DNA of 61,360 bases, filler included. It is 3 parts of 3 records of this genome, joined end to end, with 100 filler letters (N's around TTAATTAATTAA, not from the genome) between each part and the next. Parts side by side here need not be neighbours in the genome. Positions count along the whole stretch, not along the records: positions 1 to 28,703 come from SRR20825019_1433; positions 28,804 to 49,872 come from SRR20825019_1434; 1 more part is not named here. One strand, written 5' to 3'. This document shows, piece by piece, positions 28,678-39,369 of the stretch. The notes under the pieces are model-generated. The model did no database searches, was not told where the DNA came from, and worked only from the letters and a program-made list of their open reading frames with translations. Position 1 is the first letter of the stretch; every line of letters starts with the position of its first letter. Position numbers and translations under genes: made by a program.

Positions 28678-28703
28678 ATGAAAAAAAATATGGGCGGTGC
28701 AGA
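28678..28703 (+). CDS. 5' end of a probable DUF2892 (YgaP-like membrane) protein, cut by contig end
   Basis: ATG AAA AAA AAT ATG GGC GGT GCA GA = MKKNMGGA(D/E), the usual DUF2892 start; only 8 full codons visible. Confidence 0.55.
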
Positions 28704-28803
28704 NNNNNNNNNNNNNNNNNNNNNNNNNNNNNNNNNNNNNNNNNNNNTTAATTAATTAANNNNNNNNNNNNNNNNNNNNNNNNNNNNNNNNNNNNNNNNN
28801 NNN
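28704..28803. other. Artificial contig spacer
   Basis: 44 N + TTAATTAATTAA (28748-28759, stop codons in all frames) + 44 N. Confidence 0.98.
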
Positions 28804-28946
28804 TAAACCCCACCTGGAGCAAGACCAAATAGGAATCCTATGGCGCGGCCCGCGCTGGATTCGGGTAGGTCGCTTGAGGCATGCGGTGACGCAGGCCCTA
28901 GATGAATGACTGTCCCAGACAGAACCCGGCTTACCGGCGAGCTCAT
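28804..28946 (+). ncRNA. rnpB: RNase P RNA, 3' portion
   Basis: TAAACCCCACCTGGAGCAAGACCAAATAGG ... CCTAGATGAATGACTGTC ... ACAGAACCCGGCTTA conserved segments; position upstream of mraZ. Confidence 0.93.
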
Positions 28947-29186
28947 TTTTATTTCTCCGCTTGATGTGACATTTGTCATTCTCACCAGCAAGCTTTTATA
29001 GCCAAAAAATCTTAGAGTTCACCTGCCATCTTCAGAACTGACTGCAGGTGATTGATTTTTAGGTTTTTCTTTTCTGTAATCTCCAGCTTTTGACCAATCT
29101 TGTTCTGTAACCTCTTGTCGTGAAAGGAACTTTTCCTGGTGTGGCGCTGTTCGCGGCGCTTGCATTGTGTATTGCGTGTTTCTATA

Positions 29187-29230
29187 GTGTGCACAAGTGG
29201 GGAAAAGTGGTTTCTAGTGGTTATTTGTGG
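29187..29230 (+). promoter_or_regulatory. MraZ-binding direct repeats of the dcw promoter
   Basis: GTGG at 29197, 29207, 29217, 29227 (and GTGT at 29187), 10-nt period, just upstream of mraZ. Confidence 0.85.
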
Positions 29231-29255
29231 TTTCTGAACCCCGGAATTGGTGCTA

Positions 29256-29708
29256 ATGAGCAATTTTCTTGGCAGTCATGCCATCAATATGGATGCGAAG
29301 GGTCGCTTGGCGATCCCCGCCAGGGTGCGCGAAGAGCTTGCGCATGCCTGCAGTGGTCGCATTGTATTGACGGCCAATGCCGATGAAGAGCGCTGTTTGC
29401 TGATGTATCCGGAACCGCAGTGGGAGGCATTAAGGCCACAAATTGAAGCACTTCCCAATATGAATAAAGCTGCCCGCAGGCTGCAGCGACTGCTGCTGGG
29501 CCATGCCACGCCTTTGGAGCTGGACTCGGCGGGGCGCATTCTGGTGCCGCCCACGTTGCGCAGTTATGCGCGCCTGGAGAAGAAATTGATGCTGATTGGT
29601 CAGGGCAAGAAGTTGGAACTTTGGAGCGAAGAGCGTTGGTTCGCTTGGCTTGACGAGTCATCGGATGAAGACGAGATGCCGCCGGAAATGGAGGCGTTGT
29701 CGCTATGA
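29256..29708 (+). CDS. mraZ: Division/cell-wall cluster transcriptional repressor MraZ
   Basis: Two DxKGR/DSAGR repeats. Confidence 0.96.
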   Translation: MSNFLGSHAINMDAKGRLAIPARVREELAHACSGRIVLTANADEERCLLMYPEPQWEALRPQIEALPNMNKAARRLQRLLLGHATPLELDSAGRILVPPTLRSYARLEKKLMLIGQGKKLELWSEERWFAWLDESSDEDEMPPEMEALSL

Positions 29709-30685
29709 CAGCCGGCCGCGGGCAGGAGCCTGCCGGTCAGTACCGGCACCGTTCCGTGCTCCTGGACTCGGCGGTGGACTTGCTGGTCAACGATCCGGAT
29801 GGCGTTTATATCGATGGCACCTTTGGTCGCGGAGGTCACAGTCGGCTGATTCTGGGGCGGCTCGGGCAGGGCGGAAAGGTGTTGGGTATCGACAAGGATC
29901 CGGACGCAATTCAGGTGGCCCGAGACCTGTCGGCGAGCGATGCTCGGTTTCAGCCATTTCACGGCTCGTTTGCGGAACTGGGCGCTGCCGCTGAAGCCCA
30001 GGGGTGGATGAAGGTTAATGGTGTTTTGCTGGATCTTGGTGTTTCATCCCCGCAGCTGGACGATGCCGCCAGGGGGTTCAGCTTTATGCGCGATGGGCCA
30101 CTGGATATGAGAATGGACCCCGGGCAGGCGCCAAGTGCGGCGCAATGGTTGGCCGAGGCGGACGAAAAAGACATCGCGAACGTGATCTGGCGATACGGCG
30201 AGGAGAAATTCTCCCGCCGTATCGCTCGTCTTGTAGTGGAGCGACGTAAGGAGGTGCCCCTGGAAACCACGCGTCAACTGGCGTCGTTGGTCAGTGAGGC
30301 GGTGCCGAAAAAAGAAAAGCACAAGCACCCGGCCACCCGGACGTTCCAGGCAATCCGGATTTTTATCAACCGGGAGCTGGAAGATCTGGAGCTTGGGCTC
30401 AATGCCGCTGTTGAAAAGCTGATGCCCGGTGGAAGGCTGGTGGTTATCAGCTTCCATTCGTTGGAGGACCGGCTGGTCAAACGCTTTATGCGGGACTTGG
30501 CGCGCGGGCCGAGATTGCCAAAAGGCGTGCCGGTGACGGCGGAGCAGGAAGCATCGACGTTTCGGTTGATCGGCAAGGCGAACAAGGCGGATACAGAAGA
30601 AGTGAGCGACAACGTGCGGGCGAGGAGCGCGGTTATGCGTGTACTTGAACGGATACCGGAACAACACAAGTTAGGGAGCGCGTAA
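29705..30685 (+). CDS. rsmH: 16S rRNA m4C1402 methyltransferase
   Basis: [37 protein letters not shown]. Confidence 0.97.
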   Translation: MTAGRGQEPAGQYRHRSVLLDSAVDLLVNDPDGVYIDGTFGRGGHSRLILGRLGQGGKVLGIDKDPDAIQVARDLSASDARFQPFHGSFAELGAAAEAQGWMKVNGVLLDLGVSSPQLDDAARGFSFMRDGPLDMRMDPGQAPSAAQWLAEADEKDIANVIWRYGEEKFSRRIARLVVERRKEVPLETTRQLASLVSEAVPKKEKHKHPATRTFQAIRIFINRELEDLELGLNAAVEKLMPGGRLVVISFHSLEDRLVKRFMRDLARGPRLPKGVPVTAEQEASTFRLIGKANKADTEEVSDNVRARSAVMRVLERIPEQHKLGSA

Positions 30686-30687
30686 TC

Positions 30688-31095
30688 ATGGGCGCGGTAG
30701 CGATTGAACAGCCAACAAAAACAGCGCGACTGAACAGAAAGCGTGTCAGGGACGGCGTTGCCACTGCGGTCAGGTTGTCGAACCAGGTCTTTACCGCACT
30801 TCAGCAGAAGCGCGTGTTGATCACCGTGGGTTTGGTGATGCTGTTGATTGTGTCCTCGCTGGGCGTTGTTGTCGGTGCCCATGAGAACCGTGAATTGTTC
30901 AACTCCTTATCTCAGCTGCAGGAGCAGCGTGACAACTACCAGCGTGAGTGGAGTCAGTTGTTGCTGGAGCAGAGTGCCTTGAGTGCCCACGGACGGGTAG
31001 AGCAACTGGCCTCCGAGCGTTTCGGGATGGTCGTGCCAGGCAAGCAGGATATCGTTCTGGTGCCGTTGATGGCGCCGCTCGTCGGGTCGCGTTAA
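30688..31095 (+). CDS. ftsL: Cell division protein FtsL
   Basis: Single TM helix, coiled coil EWSQLLLEQS, gene order. Confidence 0.93.
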   Translation: MGAVAIEQPTKTARLNRKRVRDGVATAVRLSNQVFTALQQKRVLITVGLVMLLIVSSLGVVVGAHENRELFNSLSQLQEQRDNYQREWSQLLLEQSALSAHGRVEQLASERFGMVVPGKQDIVLVPLMAPLVGSR

Positions 31096-31116
31096 GCGAA
31101 AACAACAAACCGTAAG

Positions 31117-32865
31117 GTGAAGACAGTGTCGGACCAGGGAAAAACAGCAACATGGGGCCAGCGACTGGCTGCCGGGCTTGGGGCCTGGCGGTACGGCACC
31201 GTGTTGGGCGTTTTTCTGTTGGTTGTCGGTGCCCTTGCCTGGCGGTTGGTGGATCTTCATGTGGTGGACAACGAGTTCCTGCGTAAGCAGGGCGATGTGC
31301 GCACCATTCGGGTGGAGAGCATCGATGCCCATCGTGGTGTAGTGACGGACCGGCACGGCGAATCACTGGCGGTGAGCACTCCAGTCCAGACCATCTGGGC
31401 GAATCCGTCCGAGATCGACGCGGATGAGCCGCGACTGACGAATGTCGCTCGCCTGTTGGGCCTTCAGGAGGCCAGGCTGCGCGAGCGGCTGCGTAAGTAT
31501 TCGGGCCGCGAGTTTATTTACCTGCGCCGTAAGCTTCAGCCAGAAATTGCTCGGCAGGTGCTGGCAATGGGTATTCCGGGTGTGTACAGCCGCCAGGAGT
31601 ACCGTCGTTACTATCCCGCTGGAGAGGTGACGGCTCATGTGGTCGGGTTTACGAATATCGATGAAAGCGGTCAGGAAGGTATCGAGCTGGCCTACAACCA
31701 GTGGCTGAGTGGTGAAAGTGGTCGCAAGAGGGTGCTCAAGGACAACCGTGGCCGTGTGATCAAGGATCTGACGTTGATCCGCGACGCGAAGCCTGGTCGC
31801 AACCTCGAACTCAGCATTGATTTGCGGCTCCAGTATCTGGCTTATCGGGAGCTGAAAGCCGTTGTCGGCGCGCACGACGCCAGGGGTGGCACTCTGGTGA
31901 TGCTGGACGTGGACACCGGCGAGGTATTGGCCATGGTGAATCAGGGCTCCTACAACCCCAACGACCGCAGCCAACTGAGTCCCGACCGTTTACGGAACAA
32001 GGCTATTACCGATCTGTTTGAGCCGGGGTCCACGATGAAGCCTGTTTCCATGGCTGCAGCACTGGAATCGGGGAAGTTCAAGGCTTCCAGCACCATAGAC
32101 ACAGCGCCGGGGTACCGGCGCTTTGGTCGTTTCACGATTCGTGATCACCGGAATTATGGGGTCATCAGCCTGACTGACGTGATTGCGAAATCCAGCAACG
32201 TCGGCATTAGCAAGATCGCCACCGAGTTGGGTGGTGACACTATCCGCGATCTTTATGCCCGCCTGGGGCTGGGCCAGCCTACCGGTATCGGGTTCCCTGG
32301 TGAGGCTGTTGGCGTGTTGCCGGCACCACCAAAGTGGCGCCCCGTCGAAGAAGCAACCCTGTCTTATGGGTATGGCATGAGCGTCAATGCGCTTCAGCTG
32401 GCGCAGGCATACATGGTTCTGGCCAATGGCGGAATCCGTTACCCGTTGAGTCTGTTGAAGGCCGATGAAAAACCCGTTGGGGAACGAGTTCTTTCCGAAG
32501 ACGTCTCATTCCAGATCAGGGAAATGTTGCGAGAGGTGGTCGAGAACGGTACCGGAAAGCGCGCTCAACCGGGATTCTATTCCGCCGGTGGTAAAACCGG
32601 CACGGTACACCTGGTGGGTAAGAATGGGTATGAGGATAGCCAGTACAAGGCGATATTTGCCGGTATGGCTCCCATCGACAATCCGCGGATTGTCACAGTC
32701 GTGGCTGTCGATGCACCCCAGTCCGGCGAATACTACGGTGGCGAAGTGGCTGCACCCGTATTCGCCCGGGTGATGGGAGATGCATTGCGGCTGCTGAACG
32801 TAAAGCCGGAACTGGAGCTGGGCGACGCAAAGGCGCCGCGTCTGGCATCCGGGGAGCGGGGTTAG
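31117..32865 (+). CDS. ftsI: Peptidoglycan transpeptidase FtsI (PBP3)
   Basis: EPGSTMKP, SSN, KTGT motifs. Confidence 0.96.
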   Translation: MKTVSDQGKTATWGQRLAAGLGAWRYGTVLGVFLLVVGALAWRLVDLHVVDNEFLRKQGDVRTIRVESIDAHRGVVTDRHGESLAVSTPVQTIWANPSEIDADEPRLTNVARLLGLQEARLRERLRKYSGREFIYLRRKLQPEIARQVLAMGIPGVYSRQEYRRYYPAGEVTAHVVGFTNIDESGQEGIELAYNQWLSGESGRKRVLKDNRGRVIKDLTLIRDAKPGRNLELSIDLRLQYLAYRELKAVVGAHDARGGTLVMLDVDTGEVLAMVNQGSYNPNDRSQLSPDRLRNKAITDLFEPGSTMKPVSMAAALESGKFKASSTIDTAPGYRRFGRFTIRDHRNYGVISLTDVIAKSSNVGISKIATELGGDTIRDLYARLGLGQPTGIGFPGEAVGVLPAPPKWRPVEEATLSYGYGMSVNALQLAQAYMVLANGGIRYPLSLLKADEKPVGERVLSEDVSFQIREMLREVVENGTGKRAQPGFYSAGGKTGTVHLVGKNGYEDSQYKAIFAGMAPIDNPRIVTVVAVDAPQSGEYYGGEVAAPVFARVMGDALRLLNVKPELELGDAKAPRLASGERG

Positions 32866-32869
32866 GGTT

Positions 32870-34354
32870 ATGTGTATTACATCACTCAGCACCTTGTTGC
32901 AGGGAATCGCACCGGTACCGTCGGTGTTTGATGTCACAATCCACGGCCTGAAGACCGACAGCCGTGACGTCAGGTCGGGCGACGCGTTCGTTGCCCTGGC
33001 CGGTGCCCGAACACCCGCCGACCACTACATCGAACAGGCGATCGGTGCGGGTGCCACCGTAATCCTGTTGGAGTCAGCGCAGCCGGATGAATGCTACGAG
33101 CATGAAGGTGTTCTTATCGTTCCGGTGACGATGTTGCGCGCTCACCTCGGGAAGCTCGCGGATCGATTTTTCGAGCATCCCTCCCAACGATTGCGCCTGA
33201 TCGGCGTGACCGGAACGAATGGCAAAACGTCGGTAAGCCATTACATAGCGACATTGCTACAGGAAACCGGCACACCATGCGGCGTTATCGGCACCCTCGG
33301 CTATGGTATGCCCGGTGCGCTGCAGGAAGGTACACACACCACGCCGGATGTCGTGCAGGTAAACCGCGTACTGTCGAAAATCATCGCCCAGGGTGGACGC
33401 GCGGCGGCGATGGAAGTCTCTTCACACGCACTCGAACAGGGGCGGGTCGACAACCTGACCATGACCGGCGCGGTGTTTACCAATCTTACCCGGGACCACC
33501 TGGACTACCACGGTTCCATGGATGCTTACGGAGCGGCGAAGGCCCGTCTTTTTCATCGCGAAGAGCTGCATTTTGCGGTCATCAACTTCGATGATCCGTT
33601 TGGAAGGCAGCTCTATGAGAAGCTTGATGGCAAATGTGACCGTGTCCGTTACAGCTTGCACGAAGCCCAGACCGAGCTCTGGCTGACGGAATTCGTACCG
33701 TCCATTGACGGTTTTAACGCCAGCGTAGACGGGCTTTGGGGCAGGTTTAATGTGTCCGCCCGGGTACTGGGAAGCTTTAACGTCAGCAATATTCTCGCAG
33801 CCATGGCAGCCGTGCTCAGCCTGGGTGTGCCGGTAGAGCGGGTTCAGCAAGCGGTTGAGCGGTTGTCGCCCCCACCGGGACGGCTGGAGCCCTTCGCCGG
33901 CAGTAACGATGTGCGTGTTGTCGTGGATTACGCCCATACTCCGGACGCCCTGAACAGTGCCCTTGCCGCCTTGCGCCCGCATGTTGCCGGGCGGCTTTTC
34001 TGTGTATTCGGCTGTGGCGGCGACCGCGACACCGGTAAGCGGCCAGAGATGGCCCGGGAAGCGGAAAAAGGGGCCGATGTCGTGATCGTGACGGACGACA
34101 ATCCGCGCAGTGAAGACCCGGATGCCATTACCTCCGACATCGTTGCCGGATTCGAGCGCCCGGAACAGGTCGCGGTTATCCATGATCGTGCTGAGGCGAT
34201 TCGCCAGGCCATTCATTCTGCTGTGGCAGGAGACATTGTACTGATTGCTGGAAAGGGCCACGAAGCATGGCAGGAAGTGGCAGGCCAGAGATTTCCGTTC
34301 AGCGACGCTGAACAGGTGCGGCATGCGCTGTCGCTGAACGGGGGTGTCGCATGA
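32870..34354 (+). CDS. murE: UDP-MurNAc-tripeptide synthetase (meso-DAP)
   Basis: GTNGKTS, DYAHTPDA, DNPR. Confidence 0.97.
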   Translation: MCITSLSTLLQGIAPVPSVFDVTIHGLKTDSRDVRSGDAFVALAGARTPADHYIEQAIGAGATVILLESAQPDECYEHEGVLIVPVTMLRAHLGKLADRFFEHPSQRLRLIGVTGTNGKTSVSHYIATLLQETGTPCGVIGTLGYGMPGALQEGTHTTPDVVQVNRVLSKIIAQGGRAAAMEVSSHALEQGRVDNLTMTGAVFTNLTRDHLDYHGSMDAYGAAKARLFHREELHFAVINFDDPFGRQLYEKLDGKCDRVRYSLHEAQTELWLTEFVPSIDGFNASVDGLWGRFNVSARVLGSFNVSNILAAMAAVLSLGVPVERVQQAVERLSPPPGRLEPFAGSNDVRVVVDYAHTPDALNSALAALRPHVAGRLFCVFGCGGDRDTGKRPEMAREAEKGADVVIVTDDNPRSEDPDAITSDIVAGFERPEQVAVIHDRAEAIRQAIHSAVAGDIVLIAGKGHEAWQEVAGQRFPFSDAEQVRHALSLNGGVA

Positions 34355-35742
34355 TGCGTCCATTTGCGCTGGCTGAGGCTGTCAATTGGCTTGGCGGCAC
34401 TGTGGCTGTGGGTGATCTGAACGGCCTGATGTTTCAGGGTGTCTCGACCGACACGCGCCGAATCGCCAACGGAGACGTGTTCGTGGCGCTTCGGGGTGAG
34501 AACTTCGACGGGCACGATTATCTGGCTGTGGCCGAGAAGTCTGGAGCCGTGGCTGCTGTTGTAGACAAAGCAGACCCGAGCCTGGGGCTTCCGCAAATCC
34601 GGGTTTCGGACACGATAGACGCTTTGGCACAACTAGCCTTGGCCAATCGCAATGCCAGCACCGCGCGTTTTGTGGCGATCACCGGTAGCAGCGGTAAGAC
34701 CACGGTACGCGAAATGGTGGCCGCGATTCTTTCGCAGGTGGGTAATACCCTCGCCACCGAGGGCAACCTCAATAACCACATTGGCGTTCCCCTGACGCTG
34801 TTCAGGTTGTCACCGGAACACCAGCTGGGCGCGATAGAACTCGGAGCCAGCGGCCTGGGGGAAATAGCCCACACCGTCAATGTTGTTCGGCCGGAGGTGG
34901 TCATCCTCACCAACGCCGGGCAGGCGCATCTGGAAGGGTTTGGCGGTTATGACAACGTGGTGCGCGCAAAGGGTGAAATCATTGATGGCGCGCCAGCATC
35001 CGGTCTTGTGGTCCTGAACAGTGATGACCCGGCCTTCGATCTATGGCGTCAGCGGGCGGGCCAGCGTCGGGTCGCAGGTGTCAGTGGCCGGGCAAGTGAA
35101 GGGGCTGATTACGTCCCCGAAGATATCCGCAGCGATGGCGATGTCCGGCAGTTTCGTGCACAGGGGCCGGACGGCTGGTCCTGTGACATCAGCCTTTCCC
35201 TGCAGGGCGAGCACAATATCACCAATGCATTGTTGGCGATTGCCGCTGCACGCGAGTTGGGTGCAGGCGATGAGGCGATAAAGACGGGGCTGGCGGCTTT
35301 GAAGCCGGTAAAGGGGCGCCTGCAAATGATGGCGCTGACACCGAAACTGACCGTCATCGACGACAGCTACAACGCCAACCCTGCCTCCATGAAAGCCGCT
35401 TTGGATGTGTTGGCTGCGCGACCGGCCGGCCGTGTGGCTGTGTTGGGGGCGATGGCTGAGTTAGGGCAGGACAGCTTAGTTCTGCACAGGGAGGTTGGTG
35501 AGTTCGCCAGGGCGAGGGGCATCGAAAGGTTGATCGCTGTGGGTCCTGGCTGTGAAGGATATGTTGAGGGTTTCGGAGACGCCGCTGAGGTGTGTGCGAG
35601 CCATGACGACGCCGTGCGTCGTCTGTTTGAGGGGCCTGCCGAGTCACAGACGGTACTGGTCAAGGGTTCTCGCAGTTCCGCCATGGATCGCGTGGTGGAG
35701 GGAATACAAGAAAAGGTGGGTAACGCATGCTGCTCTGGCTGA
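34351..35742 (+). CDS. murF: UDP-MurNAc-pentapeptide synthetase
   Basis: [26 protein letters not shown]. Confidence 0.97.
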   Translation: MMRPFALAEAVNWLGGTVAVGDLNGLMFQGVSTDTRRIANGDVFVALRGENFDGHDYLAVAEKSGAVAAVVDKADPSLGLPQIRVSDTIDALAQLALANRNASTARFVAITGSSGKTTVREMVAAILSQVGNTLATEGNLNNHIGVPLTLFRLSPEHQLGAIELGASGLGEIAHTVNVVRPEVVILTNAGQAHLEGFGGYDNVVRAKGEIIDGAPASGLVVLNSDDPAFDLWRQRAGQRRVAGVSGRASEGADYVPEDIRSDGDVRQFRAQGPDGWSCDISLSLQGEHNITNALLAIAAARELGAGDEAIKTGLAALKPVKGRLQMMALTPKLTVIDDSYNANPASMKAALDVLAARPAGRVAVLGAMAELGQDSLVLHREVGEFARARGIERLIAVGPGCEGYVEGFGDAAEVCASHDDAVRRLFEGPAESQTVLVKGSRSSAMDRVVEGIQEKVGNACCSG

Positions 35743-36812
35743 CAGAGGCTCTTTCACAGTACTTTTCCGCGCTGACGGTTTTCCAGTACCTGACCGTCAG
35801 GGGGATCTTCGGGGTGTTGACGGCCCTTTTGATTTCCCTGCTGATCGGCCCGGTGATGATTCGCAAACTCAGCCAATACCAGATCGGGCAGGCGGTTCGT
35901 GACGACGGCCCACAAACGCATTTGAGTAAAGCCGGCACGCCGACCATGGGTGGTGCGCTGATTCTGGTAGCCGTCGGGGTCAGCTCATTGCTGTGGGCGG
36001 ACCTGAGTAATCGGTATGTCTGGGTGGCGATTCTGGTCACGCTTTTGTTCGGTGCGATTGGCTGGGTGGACGACTACCGCAAAGTGGTGGAGCGCAATCC
36101 GAGGGGACTGCCTGCTCGCTGGAAATATTTCTGGCAGTCAGTGATCGGTGCGACGGCGGCGGTCGTGTTGTTCATGAGTTCCGCACTGCCCCAGGAAACG
36201 TCGCTCTACGTGCCATTTTTCAAGAACGTATCGCTGACCCTGGGGCCGGTGCTGTTCATCCTGTTGAGCTATTTCGTGATTGTGGGCAGCAGCAACGCGG
36301 TGAACCTGACCGATGGCCTGGACGGGCTGGCCATTATGCCGACGGTGATGGTGGCGGCGGCGCTGGGCATCTTCGCATACGTGTCTGGCCATGCTCAGTT
36401 CGCCGATTATTTGCTGATTCCTCATTTGCCGGGCACCGGTGAGTTGATTGTATTTTGTGGCGCGCTCGTGGGTGCCGGCCTGGGATTTCTGTGGTTCAAC
36501 ACCTATCCGGCCCAGGTGTTCATGGGGGATGTGGGCGCGTTGGCGCTTGGCGCGGCGCTGGGTGTCGTGGCCGTGATCGTACGGCAGGAAATCGTATTGT
36601 TCATCATGGGCGGCGTGTTCGTTATGGAAACCGTCTCCGTGATTCTGCAGGTGGCGTCCTTCCGGCTTACCGGCCGGCGGATATTCCGCATGGCGCCGCT
36701 GCATCATCATTTTGAACTGAAGGGCTGGCCGGAGCCGCGCGTTATCGTGCGCTTCTGGGTTGTCACTGTCGTGTTAGTACTGGTTGGCCTGGCCAGCCTG
36801 AAACTGAGATAG
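35727..36812 (+). CDS. mraY: Phospho-MurNAc-pentapeptide translocase
   Basis: [30 protein letters not shown]. Confidence 0.98.
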   Translation: MLLWLTEALSQYFSALTVFQYLTVRGIFGVLTALLISLLIGPVMIRKLSQYQIGQAVRDDGPQTHLSKAGTPTMGGALILVAVGVSSLLWADLSNRYVWVAILVTLLFGAIGWVDDYRKVVERNPRGLPARWKYFWQSVIGATAAVVLFMSSALPQETSLYVPFFKNVSLTLGPVLFILLSYFVIVGSSNAVNLTDGLDGLAIMPTVMVAAALGIFAYVSGHAQFADYLLIPHLPGTGELIVFCGALVGAGLGFLWFNTYPAQVFMGDVGALALGAALGVVAVIVRQEIVLFIMGGVFVMETVSVILQVASFRLTGRRIFRMAPLHHHFELKGWPEPRVIVRFWVVTVVLVLVGLASLKLR

Positions 36813-36826
36813 GGAAGCAAAGCACC

Positions 36827-38167
36827 ATGGGTGTCATCGTTTCGGATCGTCGAACGCTGGTTGTGGGGCTCGGTAAAACCGGGCTCTCCTGCGTGCGCTA
36901 TCTGTGCGAAAAAGGCCGCGATGTTGCCGTGGCTGATAGCCGCCTGTCGCCGCCCGGCCTGGATGAGCTCAGGGCCGAATGGCCGGACCTGCCCGTGTAC
37001 CTGGGGGAGTTCGATGCCGACCTGTTTGCCGGCTTTAACGAACTGGTGGTCAGCCCCGGGATCAGTGTTGCCGAACCGGCCATTCGGGTGGCAGCCGATA
37101 AAGGGGCTGTCATTCGCGGTGACATTGACCTGTTCTCGGAAGTAGCGGACGCGCCGATCATCGCCATTACGGGGTCCAATGGTAAAACCACGGTGACCAC
37201 GCTGGTCGGAGAGATGGCGAGGGCCGCTGGCCGCCGCGTGGAAGTTGGCGGCAATATCGGCACTCCGGCGCTGGAGCTGCTTGGTCGCGGTGCCGACCTC
37301 TATGTCCTGGAGTTATCGAGCTTCCAGCTCGAAACCACCCGGGAACTGAATGCCCTGGCGGCCACGGTGCTGAACGTCAGCGATGATCACATGGATCGCT
37401 ACCCTGACAAGATGGCCTATTTCCAGGCCAAACAACGAATTTTCAACGGCTGCCAGAACGCCGTGGTCAATCTGGACGATGCCCTCAGCACGCCCATGGC
37501 CAGGGACAACCTCCGGTTCCTGTGTTTCGGTTTTCACCGTGTTAACCCGGATACGTTCAGTACCCGCGATGACGATGAAGGTACCTGGATTACCTTCGGC
37601 TTTGACAATCTGCTGTTGGCCGAGGAATTGGGCCTGATGGGCCAGCACAATATCAGCAATGTGATGGCGGCACTGGCACTTGGACACGCTGCCGGATTAC
37701 CGATGGACGTGATGCTGGACACTGCCAAGCGTTTCAAGGGGCTTCCGCATCGGTGCGAATTCGTTCGGCGGGTGAGTGATGTCGACTACATCAATGACTC
37801 CAAGGGCACCAATGTGGGAGCGACGGCCGCCGCCATTGAAAGCCTGGTGCCAGCGGGTGGAAAGATCGTGCTGATTGCCGGTGGTGAAGGCAAGGGCGCT
37901 GATTTCTCATTGCTCGCTGAACCCGTGGCAACTCATTGTCGCGCGGTTGTACTGATCGGCGCTGATGCTGAGACCATCGCCACCGTCTTGGGTAACCGGG
38001 TGGAGACGGTCAACGCCGCTGACATCGCAGGCGCTGTCCATACGGCAAAAAAGCTGGCCCAACCGGGTGATCGGGTGCTGTTGTCACCTGCCTGCGCCAG
38101 TTTCGACATGTTCCGCGACTACGGGGATCGTGGCGATCGTTTCCGTCAACAGGTGGAGGGGCTGTGA
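36827..38167 (+). CDS. murD: UDP-MurNAc-L-Ala:D-Glu ligase
   Basis: GSNGKTT, ELSSFQL, NDSKGTN, SPACASFD. Confidence 0.97.
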   Translation: MGVIVSDRRTLVVGLGKTGLSCVRYLCEKGRDVAVADSRLSPPGLDELRAEWPDLPVYLGEFDADLFAGFNELVVSPGISVAEPAIRVAADKGAVIRGDIDLFSEVADAPIIAITGSNGKTTVTTLVGEMARAAGRRVEVGGNIGTPALELLGRGADLYVLELSSFQLETTRELNALAATVLNVSDDHMDRYPDKMAYFQAKQRIFNGCQNAVVNLDDALSTPMARDNLRFLCFGFHRVNPDTFSTRDDDEGTWITFGFDNLLLAEELGLMGQHNISNVMAALALGHAAGLPMDVMLDTAKRFKGLPHRCEFVRRVSDVDYINDSKGTNVGATAAAIESLVPAGGKIVLIAGGEGKGADFSLLAEPVATHCRAVVLIGADAETIATVLGNRVETVNAADIAGAVHTAKKLAQPGDRVLLSPACASFDMFRDYGDRGDRFRQQVEGL

Positions 38168-39369
38168 TGCACGCTGACCTGTCCCTCACCAGTCATCACG
38201 GTTTGTTCCGTGATCTGCGCCCGCTGCCCCTACTGATCATCAGTTCCGCTGCGTTGCTGGTCATGGGCATTGTGATGATTTCTTCCGCCTCCATGGACAT
38301 GGCGGCGGAAACCATGGGTAACAGTTACCACTATGTGATCCGTCAGCTCATTTTTGCCGGCATCGGCTGCGTCCTTGCGCTGATTGCCGTCAACGTGCCG
38401 ATCTCCTGGTGGGAGCGCAGCGGGTGGCTGTTGCTCGGGGTCGGTTTGCTGTCACTGCTTCTGGTGCTGACGCCCCTCGGGCGTACGGTGAATGGCTCCA
38501 CCCGCTGGATCTCGTTCGGGCTGTTCAATGTTCAGGTGTCGGAAATTGCCAAGCTTTGCCTGATTGCCTATCTGGCCGGCTACGTCGTGCGTCGTCGGGA
38601 TGAGTTGCTAAACACCTGGCCTGGGTTCCTCAAGCCGTTGGGCGTGCTGGGTATTGCCTCGGTGCTGCTGGTTATCGAGCCGGACTTCGGCGCCACGGTG
38701 GTACTGGTTGCTGCATCAGCCGGCATGATTTTCCTGAGTGGCGTCCGGCTTAGCCGGTTTATGCCGCTGATTGGCGTGTTGGTGGTGATGGGCTCCGTGC
38801 TGGTATTCACCCAGCCCTACCGGTTGAAGCGGGTTGTGAGTTACCTCGACCCCTGGAAAGACCAGTTTGATACCGGCTACCAGCTAACCCAATCGCTGAT
38901 TGCGTTCGGTCGTGGCGACTGGGCGGGTACCGGGTTGGGGAATTCGGTACAGAAACTGTTCTATCTGCCGGAGGCCCACACCGACTTTATCTTCGCGATC
39001 ATTGCGGAAGAATTCGGGCTGTTGGGGTCGCTGATGGTCCTGGGCCTGTTCACCGTACTGGTGGTGACCGGATTTGTGATTGCGAGAAGGGCCGAGAAAG
39101 CGGGCATGCCATTCGCCGCGTGCTTCTCCTATGGCATTACTTTGCTGATTGGCTTGCAGGCCGGTATCAATATGGCGGTCAGTACGGGCCTACTGCCTAC
39201 CAAAGGGCTGACCTTGCCGCTTGTGAGCTATGGCGGTTCCAGCCTGATGATTACCGCTGTCTGCATTGGTGTGCTGGCACGGGTGGAGATGGAGAGGCTG
39301 GACCGCGAAAAACTGGCCAGCGAAAAGAGCCGTAAACCAGCGGCCAGGGGAGGTGCGGTTTATGACTGA
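38164..39369 (+). CDS. ftsW: SEDS peptidoglycan polymerase FtsW
   Basis: EPDFG, LPEAHTDFI, SYGGSS. Confidence 0.96.
   Translation: MMHADLSLTSHHGLFRDLRPLPLLIISSAALLVMGIVMISSASMDMAAETMGNSYHYVIRQLIFAGIGCVLALIAVNVPISWWERSGWLLLGVGLLSLLLVLTPLGRTVNGSTRWISFGLFNVQVSEIAKLCLIAYLAGYVVRRRDELLNTWPGFLKPLGVLGIASVLLVIEPDFGATVVLVAASAGMIFLSGVRLSRFMPLIGVLVVMGSVLVFTQPYRLKRVVSYLDPWKDQFDTGYQLTQSLIAFGRGDWAGTGLGNSVQKLFYLPEAHTDFIFAIIAEEFGLLGSLMVLGLFTVLVVTGFVIARRAEKAGMPFAACFSYGITLLIGLQAGINMAVSTGLLPTKGLTLPLVSYGGSSLMITAVCIGVLARVEMERLDREKLASEKSRKPAARGGAVYD

Noticed and set aside
28748-28759. TTAATTAATTAA palindrome as a biological site (also at 49917-49928)
   Set aside because: Identical and centred in N-runs at both gaps; it is a synthetic all-frame-stop spacer.
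28752-29386. Small ORFs between the gap and mraZ
   Set aside because: They overlap rnpB, N-runs or the dcw promoter and show no coding signatures.
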